A stretch of 61,525 nt of DNA, counting the filler, from Diploschistes diacapsis (lineage: Eukaryota): the NCBI GenBank assembly GCA_023645945.1. It is 6 parts of 6 records of this genome, joined end to end, with 100 filler letters (N's around TTAATTAATTAA, not from the genome) between each part and the next. Parts side by side here need not be neighbours in the genome. Positions count along the whole stretch, not along the records: positions 26,101 to 55,016 come from JALAIB010000140.1; 5 more parts are not named here. The stretch is one strand, 5' to 3'. Positions 36,940 to 47,495 of this stretch are shown here, in pieces. The number at the start of each line of letters is the position of its first letter. Position 1 is the stretch's first letter. The position numbers and the translations under genes were made by a program. The notes beneath the pieces were generated by a model. The model had not been told where the DNA came from. It ran no database searches and worked only from the letters and a program-made list of their open reading frames with translations.

Positions 36940-38875
36940 ATGCCGACCTATAGCCCCACAGGCTCGTTCAATGTCGTCCAGCGCCTCTCGAAGCGGCGCC
37001 TGCTCATCGCCATCAACTTCCTGGCCGGCCTCTCCATCTTCTTCTTCGGATATGACCAGGGTATGATGGGCGGCGTGAACAACGCCAAGGACTACATCGA
37101 CACCATGGGGCTCGGCTACGTTGATGACGGCACCAACGCGGTTCACATCACCAACACCCTTTTGCAGGGTGGAATCGTGTCTGTATACTATCTCGGTACG
37201 CTCCTTGGAGCTTTGCTCGGTGGATCGGTTGGCGATAGGGTAGGTAGGATTAAGACTATCGGGCTTGGTGCCGGTTGGGCGATCCTTGGCGCAACGCTGC
37301 AGTGCTCAGCACAGAACAAGGACTGGATGCTTTGCGCTCGTCTTATCAATGGTATCGGAACCGGTATACTGAACGCCATCGTCCCGGTCTGGGCGACCGA
37401 GACCGCCGAACATACGTCACGAGGCCAGTTTATCGCTATAGAGTTCACGCTGAATATCTTTGGTGTCGTTGTTGCTTACTGGCTCGAATTGTACGGAGCC
37501 CCCTTCGAGTCCCTAAAAAGCCGTTTGCTGACATGAGCACAGTGGTCTGTCCTTTATTGACAACGGCGCCTCTCCCGTTCGCTGGAGGTTCGCCATCGGC
37601 TTTCAGATCATCCCCCTGCTGTTACTCTTTGCAATTTGCTGGTTCTTCCCCGAATCTCCCAGATGGCTTGTCAAGCAAGGCCGCGAGGACGAAGGCCTGT
37701 ACGTTCTACAGAGGCTTCGTGGCGAGGACCCCCAGGGTATGGAAAGGGCCGCCGCCGAGCTCTATGACATCAAGGGAATTGCACGTTTGGAGAGAGAGAC
37801 TGCGAACCAGAACTCGTACTATGCCATGTTCTTTGGCATCAATGAGGGCAAGTTGCATACTGCCCGTCGGGTCCAGCTCGTCATTTGGCTGCAGGTAAGC
37901 CGAAAGTTGTCGACTAACGGTGCATAAAGGCAGTACTGAACTCTAGCAGATTATACAAGAATGGGTTGGCATTGCTGGAGTTACAATTTGTGAGTGTTAT
38001 TATCTGGAAGCCTTTCCAGAGCTAATGAAGTTAGATCAACCAACCATTTACAGAATTGCGGGGTTCGACAGTTACAAAGGGCAGTGGTTCAGTGGACTGA
38101 ACAACATCCTGTACATGGTAGGCTAATTGGATCTCTTTTGACTGTCGTCCTTCGCTAACTTGGACCCAAGATTTCGACTCTCATTTGCGTTTTCACACTC
38201 GACCGTATAGGCCGTCGTATCACGCTGTACTGGGGATCTGTCGCCCAGGGTATCTGCATGTTCATTGCCGGTGGCTTGATGGCTCGTGGACAGGTGGCCA
38301 GTGACGCTGCCACAGCCAGCGCGTATGGTTCCGCAGCCGCAGCATTCATTGTGCTCTTCACTTTTGCTTTCGGCGCCACCTGGTTGACCGTTCCTTGGCT
38401 GTACCCTGCGGAATGCTTCAGTGTAAGTAGCCGTTCCCTACTTGATCCAAGCACCTCGCTCACTTTCGCCAGTTGCAAGTCCGGGCCAAGGGGAACGCCT
38501 GGGGCGTAGTAGGATGGAGTATAGGAAATGGATGGCTGGTATGCTTCTCACTGATCCCCATTGCTACTACATGCCGTGCTAACGCCTCCCAAGGCTCTTC
38601 TTTGTCCAGTCATGTTCGGCGCTCTTAGCGAAAAGACACTGTACATCTTCGGCGCTTGCAATGTAGCGTCCATTCCCATCGTCTGGGCCCTTTACCCAGA
38701 GACGAACCAGCGCACGCTTGAAGAGATGGACTTGTTATTCGCGGCGGATTCCCCATGGAACTGGGCGGCGGAGAAGAACTTTGCAAGGCTCAAGGAGGAG
38801 AATCCGGATCTGGTAGCGGCTGCGCGTTCGAGCAGTGTGGTGTCTGGAATGCTCGCTGAGAAAGAGAAGGTCTAG
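36940..38875 (+). CDS. MFS sugar porter (Stl1-like), 7 exons
   Basis: FFFGYDQGMMGG, GDRVGRIK, PESPRWL, LDRIGRR, PWLYPAE and YPETNQRTLEEMD. The frame is intact after removing six GT-AG introns. Confidence 0.93.
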
Positions 38876-41333
38876 GGATTGAAAACCTGACGATACGAGG
38901 GGATCCTGGTGTGGTAATTTTCTTGTAACGGACTCGGCTTGTCAAGCCGTACCTAAGAGACTATATAGAACAATCTCAGGCCGAGGTCCTGACCCTCTTT
39001 GCTGATATGATGCACCTGGTATTTTTGCAGTGCTTAGTTTTGCCAAACACTTTCCCAACAATTACTTCTTGGTCCTCAGTGTAACCGTTCTTCACCACAG
39101 ATTAGTTGATTTGGTCAAATCACATTCATGACTTTACCCAGCCACACCTATCCTTGCCATATTGGACCGCCGCTTTTCCGCACTTCTCCTACTTTCGAAT
39201 CGGGCGTATCTTGAGCCTAAACCAATATACACAACTCTTCATAACAACCTAGACTAATGGTCAACCATTATATACCATTCTCTCGGCTATTGTTGCAGAG
39301 ATTTCTCAGCTTGAGGACGGGCGTTCCTAATCCGTTGAAGGCTGGCTTATATTTCGAGCCTAAAGGTTGCTCCTAACAACAAAATTAAGGTAACATATCC
39401 CTCAGGAGGAAACTTCTTCCTAGCAGTCCAAGTGACTTGGGACATTCCACTTGCTGCGCGACCACCCAGAGTAAGTGTAAGAACTCCAGTATAGCACTCC
39501 AATTATCAATATCTGAACCTTTCTATGAAGCAAACTGTCCTGAATATCTCTCCAACTGCAACGTATAGAGGCATATACATCTGGTCACTCTGACTGCAAA
39601 TTATAGGCTCCCTATGCTGTTGAGCTCGAAATCGAAACCAGGAAAGAACAAAGCGAGATTTTGGTTGCTATGATGGCTATTCCTGGCTCGACATTCGCTA
39701 ATCCCAGCATTAGCCGCTAGGAAATCCAGGAATGGCAATGCTGCAATGAAACACCCAAACCATCCAACTGGACCTGGTCGCGTTCTTAGTGGGCGGAATC
39801 TGAATAGAATTGCTCAGCATTTTCCCTCTATTGACTTTGTAGTACTTCGTGTTCCAGTTGGAATCCTCCAGGAGCGGTTCGAGTCTTCCTACTCCAGTTG
39901 CTTAGAAAGATCTAAGGTTCGCCAGACCGAGAGGAAAGGGGTCCTTCACCGGCAGAATGTAATAGCGCGCAGTCATGATCTAGGGATGTCTACCCAGGAA
40001 TGTTGCGACAAGTTTTTCGCGGAAGACAATTTCCCAGTTCCGGCATGGTCTTTATTAAGGAACTTCGAAAATTTGTTGGACTTGGCTCTCTTCTGATATC
40101 TAGATCTCAATACTCAATCGCTCCAACCCGTGTCGCTGACTGCATGGATTCCATAGATTGTTCGATGATGACGATCTCGTGGTCTGACTGCGCTTAGCTC
40201 ATAATCTTCAATTACTGTCCACCGCCAAGGTAATTTCACAAAGATATCCACCGGCAGTTTTGAGGGTCTGATTTAGATTACTTCCTTGGTCATCGTCAGC
40301 CTTTTGGTCATTCCGCTCAAGAGCCCAACGTTCATTTGAACAGCGTGCATTGATGAAGTTCATTTGAAGTGGCCAGATAAATGGGAACAGCTGCAGGACT
40401 GAAGAGAAGGATGTTGTCGTATCTTGAAGGATTATATGAGAATGGGATTCGATCACCTACAAGTAGCACCTGCAGTCGTCCTCGCCGAAGAGTGATGGCA
40501 AGAAGAACACCGGTACTCAGAATCAGCTGGGTCTTTGCAACCTGTAGTCTGGCTTGTGGGTACCGCAAGCTGACCTTCTTAACCAGCCATCCGGGGCGAT
40601 CAATAACGCCTACTGATCGCTTACCGATTGGTTTGAGACCACAGCTGACCTCCAAGACAATCGCATAAGAAACCTTCCTTGAGTGAACTCTATGCTGGAT
40701 CCCGTCTCCCTCTGGTATGTAGGGCGCATTTTGGATGAGATTGGCGAGGTGTTACGAGATACTGAAGAATTAAACAGGCTCTAAGCTAGAAAAGTAATTT
40801 ATGAGATACCGTCCTTCAAGACTGACCGTGACGATCGAAGGGTCCGCCATCCTTCCAAATCTTTCAAAATGAGATTTCCTACCTCTGAGTGAAGGTATGA
40901 GGCAATAGGAGAAAAAGTAAGAAGTGCTTTACAAAGCGCCTAGGGAGGGAATGGGCAAATCATTCGATATCAGTCAAGCTATGGAACGTGAAACAAGACT
41001 GAAGGAGAAACATGAGAGACCAACTCAGGCGTGAATATGATGTTACCTTGCAAGACAGCGCTGTTAGTTCACCTTGGAGGCGGACTCCATTCTTGCACCC
41101 AGATTAGAATGTACTTTGAATTTCTGTGGTATGTGCTCGTAGAAAAATTATGTTGTCCATGAGAATATCGGACCTTGCGGCACCACCGCTAGAGGGCCGA
41201 CAATTGTCTTCCAGGCCACGTCATGAATAACAGTAACAACTATCAGAATAAATATTCAAAGAACACTATGGATCCAGGATTGGGACCTGTGCTGGCGAGG
41301 TCTTAACAGAACTCTTCACAACTCTTTTCCAAA

Positions 41334-42219
41334 ATGGTAAGCTCCCACGCACGGCACCTTGGAGCATCCCCACTCACACCTGCTCAGAATTCCCTCTTCA
41401 ATTCCGCCCTCAAGCAGTCTTCGCAGCTGCGAACCGATCTAGATGCCTTTGCCGCTTCGCCCATAAGCGCACCACCTGCGCTGCAAGGTATGGATCATTA
41501 CTGGCTATCCTTATTCCACTTACACAGTGCAGGACAAATCTCCGCAACCATTGCTTCCTTCTACCGCACCCTCGAGGACTACTCCGACACCGCGAAGAAA
41601 GAGCTGAATAGCGCAAAGCAAGAGAAAGCAAGAGACCGAATAAAGGCTTTTCGGGCAGAGTTGCAAGACTACCGGCAGCGCTTCGATACAATAAAGCGCT
41701 CGCGCGACGAAGCGGTACGCATAATGTAGCATGAGAATAACCCTGTGTGAGGCTGACAATCCACAGCAAACGTCCCAGAACCGCAACGAGCTCTTAGGCC
41801 GACGATCTTTCCAGACCCAGACCCCCGAAAACCCCTACTCGAATCCGTATGCCCAGCCGTCGCTGCCCTCCCACTCCGCCTTTGCACCCAGCAACCAATC
41901 CCTCTCCTTCGGCGCCTCGCAGTATGAAACAACTCGAGAATCACATGCCCTCCGAGAGCAGTCATTCTTCCAGCAGGGCAACGCGCAGCTGGATGAATAC
42001 CTCGAGCGAGGCAGAGCGGTGCTGTCGGATCTAGGAAGTCAGAAGGAGATGCTCAAAGGGACGCAGAAGAGACTGTATGATGTGGGGGCCACACTTGGGA
42101 TCAGTGGGGATACGATACGCATGGTAGAGAGGAGGGCGAGGCAGGATAAATGGATATTCTGGGGAGGGGTGGTCATATTCTTTCTCTTCTGCTGGCTATT
42201 GCTGCATTTCCTACGGTGA
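41334..42219 (+). CDS. bos1: ER-Golgi Qb-SNARE Bos1/membrin, 4 exons
   Basis: ATG micro-exon, then NSLFNSALKQ. Also RESHALREQSFF, LGISGDTIRMVERRARQDKWIF and a C-terminal TM helix. Confidence 0.92.
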
Positions 42220-42643
42220 AGAGGACGCGCATGTAGCAATGGTTCAGCGGGATATGACATGATCTCGAGTACATGATTGAGCGCGGCGTCTGACGCTGTA
42301 ATTGGGTCAGCACGGCCGAGACGGCCTTAGGTATGGGAACCAAAATGTATGTGTACACGTTAGGGTCTTTAGCAGTATCAACGATATAGCCACTTTATCT
42401 CCTGTGTATAAAAAGTACCAATGGTTTTCTGATTCAAGTTATCAAAATGTGCCTCAGATGTCTTCTTTTCAAGATGGATCACGAAAGCACGTGACTTCTC
42501 CCCCTGTCGTGAGCTCAAAACCTTTTTTGACGTCGTTGACAAACTTCCACTTGTTCGCTGCGCTTCTTCACTTCCGAATTAATTAGTCCTCTTAGTACGC
42601 ACAGTGTATCAGCCATAGGCAGCTCTGTAATTTGTCTTCCAGA

Positions 42644-43734
42644 ATGTTCAGACCAGCGGCTCATGTATCTCTCCGGCAGTCGCTCCGGGCAGCACGCCCT
42701 GCGGTAAACCACCGTTTCGCAAGCACAGCGCAACCGCATCTCAGACCACGGAGCTGGAGGAGTTTAGCCGTTAGATGCGGTATTGCGGGCGCAGGAATCT
42801 ACTACTACAACACTAGCACTTTATTCGCCGATGAGCCAGCCTGTAAGTTCTGCACTCCATCCTATTTGATTGTTCTTACCCCGGCATAGTGTTACTCGAC
42901 GATGAATCTCCCGAAGAAGACTCTAACCTTCCAACTCTATCCTCGCTCTCGCCCTCCTCTCGATTCCGGCCACCAACACCGGAAGATAAGCCTACCACAC
43001 CAGTCACACCGTCTTCGTCCTCTCCACCTTCGATAGACCCCAAGGCTCCTTCGCCGACCCCTTCCGTCGACCCATCGCCTAACGAGGCCGATCCGTCCTC
43101 TCCAGAAGGTCTCAAAGAGGAAGCCCACCAGCAAGGCGCCTTCAATGAAGAGACTGGTGAGATTAACTGGGACTGCCCCTGCTTAGGAGGCATGGCGCAC
43201 GGCCCCTGTGGCGAGGAATTCCGGGCCGCATTCTCATGCTTTGTCTACTCAATGGAACAGCCAAAAGGCATGGACTGTATCGACCGGTTCAAGGGTATGC
43301 AAGATTGCTTCAGACAGCATCCCGACGTTTATGGAGCGGAGCTAGATGAGGAAGACGAGGAGGCCGCAGCTTTGGAAAACGGTGCAGGGGCAGCGGCAAC
43401 CCCGGCGCCTCTACCGGAGGATGCGCCAGGTACTGCGGCTGCAAAGGGCACATTGGCGAACCACGAGGCTGCGAGCACGCCCGCGGCGGAAGACTCGGAA
43501 GCAGCCGGCAGTGGCATAGCGGCTGCGCAGCCGGTAACAGAGGGATCACAAGCGAATTTGAGAGAACGAGTCGCTACACAGCCAGTCACCGGAGCTGTAT
43601 CATATTCCAGCGAAAAGAAGTCGATATACGACGGCGAGGACGAGAGGGGGACGAAGCCCTCCCCAGGAGGCCGGGACGATGACGAGCTCGTGCCAAAGGC
43701 GGCCCATGACGCGACGGGTTCAAATAAGAAGTGA
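42644..43734 (+). CDS. mia40: Mitochondrial intermembrane-space oxidoreductase Mia40, 2 exons
   Basis: Presequence and TM segment, then [29 protein letters not shown]...[12 protein letters not shown] (CPC plus twin CX9C). Confidence 0.96.
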
Positions 43735-44419
43735 AGAACGGCCCGGAAATATGATTTACTGGCGTTGAACAATACAAAGACAGATCGGTAGACCACCAGG
43801 CATAGCGTCGAGAAAGTTCCTTGCATCCACGGTGCCTTTGCCGGTTCTCATGTATAATTTTAGATTGGGAAAAAGACAGGCTGTGCATTACGATATGTAC
43901 ATAGAGTTCATTACTCAAAACCCTCTCCGCTACTTATCTATCCTTTAGCGCGATCCTTTGAAGTACTCCACAAGCTGGAGTCTTGGCTCCGGAACTGCTG
44001 AACAGGTAGGAAAGCTCCGTCCCATGTTTTGGTTAGCGTGTGAGTTTCAGTGCACAGCGTTCACCTGATAGAAGCCTTATATGAGCTTGCAAAGCGCGAC
44101 CGAGACAGCACACTCCAGTCATAGGACAGCGTAGCCGAAGCCTCATCGCTAAGCAATAACATATAGGCAAGGCGTTCAGGCGCAAGCAGCACCAACCACT
44201 TCGCTTTCAGCCTTTCCTTTCCGCACGAATCTTCTCCGTCACCTCTGTCACTGTCGTTATCTTACTCTATCATTCTTGTCCCTGTCTCCACTGTACTTCA
44301 AAGAAGGAATGCACCGAAATCTCCCAAGCCATGTCTTCTTTGCTAGCATCATGTTCATCTCCTCGAACACGCTCACTATTCTCTTTACAATCTATTACAC
44401 AATTCCCTCTTACCACCTC

Positions 44420-44546
44420 AGCCAAGTTAGCTAGTTCACCATTCCAGGTTCTGCCCTGGCCCGATTCGTGACTTCCCTTGAAGGAAGTCATAGCTGGCGG
44501 TCGACACGAGGTTCGAAACCCTGTGGAGGCACCCTTGGCTTTTTTT
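44420..44546 (+). ncRNA. Putative Pol III structured ncRNA, unit U1
   Basis: AGCCAAG (44420) pairs with CTTGGCT (44534) as a terminal stem. Consensus B-box GGTTCGAAACC at 44510 sits in a hairpin. T7 terminator. Internal helices are GTTAGCTA/TAGCTGGC, CCAGG/CCTGG and GTGACTTCC/GGAAGTCAT. Confidence 0.62.
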
Positions 44547-44708
44547 GGCCTTTCATTGGCCATTTCTACTTCTTTTTGGTATGATACGAGGGTTGGATTT
44601 CTTCCACTAGATATCGGAAGCAAAAGTGCGCAGAATCCCCTTCTACCTATCTCAATGCGCCTTTTCACGCTTTTCGGTCCCTTCTCATCACTATTGTCTT
44701 CTTTATAT

Positions 44709-44825
44709 AACCAAGATAGGGGACTTCCAGATATTCTTGTACTTACATCCCTATCTAGTAGCAGGAAAAGTAAAAAGCGGCCGAAGTGCGCGTTCTAGCC
44801 TGCACAGAGGCAGCCCTTGGCTTTT
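44709..44825 (+). ncRNA. Unit U2 (degenerate copy)
   Basis: AACCAAG...GCGGCCGAA-GTGCG[CGTTCTAGCC]TGCAC-AGAGGCAGCCCTTGGCTTTT. The 3' half aligns with U1 and U3. The TATA abuts the body, suggesting a deletion. Confidence 0.45.
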
Positions 44826-45013
44826 CCCCCACCTCTTTCTGTTCCCCTTTCCTTCTCTATCCTTGTGCAAGAGGGCAATCTGCTTCTGTCGGTTTCTGAA
44901 CTTCGTCAAGTACCAACGTTTATTAGCTTTACTTCATTGCATATTTTCTCGCGTTTAGTTTTCCTCTGACTACTATTCTCCTCTTATATGACGAGACTGA
45001 CTGTCACCACCTC

Positions 45014-45133
45014 AGCCAAGTCGGCAAACTCTCATTCCAGTTTAGTACCCTGGCTGGTCCTAATTGCCCCTTTTCGCAATAGTTGGCGGTCGACGTAGTG
45101 TTCGAGGCTGTGTAGAGGCGGCCTTTGGCTTTT
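45014..45133 (+). ncRNA. Unit U3
   Basis: Full-length paralogue of U1 (ACCACCTCAGCCAAGT...CATTCCAG...CCCTGGC...TGGCGGTCGAC...GTTCGA...GAGGC...TTGGCTTTT). TATAT at -29. The same helices are kept with different bases. Confidence 0.6.
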
Positions 45134-45629
45134 CATTTTATGCCATCTTTTTGCTTTGCATCCGTTGAATATAGGAGCGAGGAAGTGCACAGATGCTTCT
45201 TCTATCCAAGTCCGCCGCGTCCTTTCACGCCTGATCGTACCCCCGCGGGTACCACATCTGGCTTGCATGGTACGGTGGGCAGGCAGAGTGTTAGCGAAGT
45301 GAGGTGTACTCACCTCAGAGATATGTACAGCACTGTAGGTGATAGCGCACAGGCGATTGTTACGCATCTCAAAGGTTCACTCCGTGTGGGCGCGCTCTGA
45401 GCTACAGTCTCAGTTCTATTGTTCCTTTCGTGCCTATGCCTGAGAATGGAACTTGCTCTCCTCTATCAGAATTACTGCGCGTTAGTCTTTTTACAGTCTC
45501 TGGTACCAGTGCGCCTTCGCCCTGCTAAACAACTCCCTCCTTTCTCCGCTTCCAGAAAACCTCCTTCCCAATCCTCCAAATTCAAAATTAAGCGAATTCT
45601 ATATATCCCGCAACAACCCCGTAAATCTC

Positions 45630-45793
45630 AGCCAAGTAACAAAAGACACATGGCGGACCACAGCCAAGGCGTTCTTACCCACTCAACACGGGAAAATATC
45701 TCCTCGGTACTAGCCCACGGAGTCTGAGCCTTGCCCTTGGTACCGGCAGGAGATGATATCGAAACTCGCCGTAGGCTCCTTGGCTTTTTTTTT
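45630..45793 (+). ncRNA. Unit U4 (long variant)
   Basis: TATATAT at -30. AGCCAAG at 45630 with a second copy at 45662. CGGC..GAG/CTCGCCG hairpin carrying ATATCGAAAC, then AGGCTCCTTGGC and T9. Confidence 0.55.
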
Positions 45794-46131
45794 GCTTTCT
45801 TTTTTGCACTTCTTGGCACAGGCGCCGCGTCTATGTTTCGCTCTGTCGAGGAGCTTAAGCTATGGATGGCCTGTGCGGATGCAAGGAAGTAGGCACATAC
45901 ATGTGAGAGGAGATACGCGGTCACCATCTCCCACTAGCGAAGGAAGCGGTGTCTTTTGCAGGACAGCTAGGTAAACGCAAAGAAAAGGCGAAGCTTGTAG
46001 TTTCTCTCATGACCTCTTGATCCTCCTCTCGCTTTTCTTTGTCGCTGGGTTTGGATACTTCTCTCAAAAGTCACTCAGTCAAGCCTCGCAGCTATCAAGG
46101 TTTATAAAACTAAAGAAGATCCATGGTCCTC

Positions 46132-46232
46132 AGCCAGGTTAGCTGACACGAAAGGCTAGGCGCCTAAATCTCTTGCTTGCAGACTACTTGGGGTTCGATT
46201 CCCTACGTTGCTTTCATCCTTCTCCTTTTTTT
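46132..46232 (+). ncRNA. Unit U5 (short variant)
   Basis: TATAAAA at -29, CTCAGCCAGGTTAGCTG head, consensus B-box GGTTCGATTCC at 46192, and T7 at 46226. The terminal stem is weak. Confidence 0.5.
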
Positions 46233-47370
46233 GCTCTGTTTCTGCCGTCTCATGTTTTCGGCCAAGGCTGATGATTCTTGAAAGAGCAATGATGTCGCTG
46301 TATTGGGAAGGGGAGCCGTGGTACTTGCCTGTGAAACTATGAATTTGGTGGGAGGAAAGGGAGATGGTGTCAAAGCGTGGATAGGTCTGTGCGGACAATG
46401 GATATGAAAGAAACTCTAGACATGCAAATCCCGGATCTCGATATTTGCGCACTCGAGCGTTGGCCATATAATTACGTATTTCGTAGGGGCCGGCGGAGGT
46501 TTTAGCGATAGCCTATAGATTCTCTATAAAGATATTGCCTTTTTTGGATTAGCGCTCTTTGTATCCATTTCCCGCTTCATCAACTTCAATTTCGAACCTC
46601 CTCGATGCTAGTATGAAAACTTCATCTCCCGTGACCGCAACGTATCTTGTGCCACCCATTGTCAAAGAGCAGCTTCTCTTTTATCTCTCAGACCAGACGC
46701 GACATCCATTTAACATCGCGCTCAATCCGTCTCATCACAAGCATCCACTCACCCTACCCAAGTCAGTCACAGCTTGGCTTACATCTATCCCGTTTATCCC
46801 AGCCTAACGCTTTGGCTAGGGCCGAGTATCATCAATTCAGCAACAGCAGCGGCGCCATCGTTTGTTCGCCATGATCGTGACAGGGAGAAGAGAACGGCGC
46901 TAGTACTAAAGCAGTAAGAGTTGTGCTAACTCAGGGGCTAGAAGGTACCACCCTTGCCACCATACACAATCAACTATGCCAACAATAGCGTCCAGCGCAG
47001 CATCAATGAATCTCAGTGCCCGGAAAGCCGAATTCATCCTGATTCTACATGACAGATCTACCCGCGGAAGTGCACCATCAGGCTCAGCTCCCCCGGCCTT
47101 GCCTTGCCGTCACTGGTGTGGTTTCGCTATATATATCAGTTTAGTTCAATACTGGCACAATCCAGTATTGTTGGTCTTTTGGCTATGTGGCCTAGCAGTA
47201 CTAAACTGGCGCTTTGCAATATCGCACTGGCGCACCGTGGATCGATCGTGACTCATACACACCGTCTTCCTCCGTCTTACCTTCTTAGCTTGTCCAACCA
47301 CGCTCACTCGCTCTTATCCCCCATCCCATCAAACTCTCACTATTATACATAAGTTGTGAGCAATACCACT

Positions 47371-47495
47371 AGCCAAGTTAGCTGGATTAGATATGGTTAT
47401 GTCCTCTTCTAACTCTACCAACCAGGTAAGTTGCTTGAAGGGGACTAGAGGGTTCAATTCCCTTGAACTGCGGCCTTATGCTGCGCTTGGTTTTT
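47371..47495 (+). ncRNA. Unit U6
   Basis: TATTATA at -30, ACCACTAGCCAAGTTAGCTG head, B-box GGTTCAATTCC at 47451 inside a GAGGG/CCCTT stem, then CTTGGTT and a T5CT4 tract. Confidence 0.6.

Noticed and set aside
44132..44220. Possible seventh unit (TAGCCGAAG...CTTCGCTTT)
   Set aside because: No TATA at -30, no convincing B-box and no T-run of four or more.
47128..47182. TATATATA followed by a 9-bp hairpin (CAATACTGG/CCAGTATTG) and T5 inside the ncRNA cluster
   Set aside because: It lacks the family head and B-box, and a single short hairpin can arise by chance.
44420..47495. Calling the units tRNA or 5S rRNA genes
   Set aside because: No cloverleaf or anticodon arm, extra sequence between the T-like arm and the terminal stem, and the ends do not resemble fungal 5S rRNA. 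A tRNA-derived origin remains possible.
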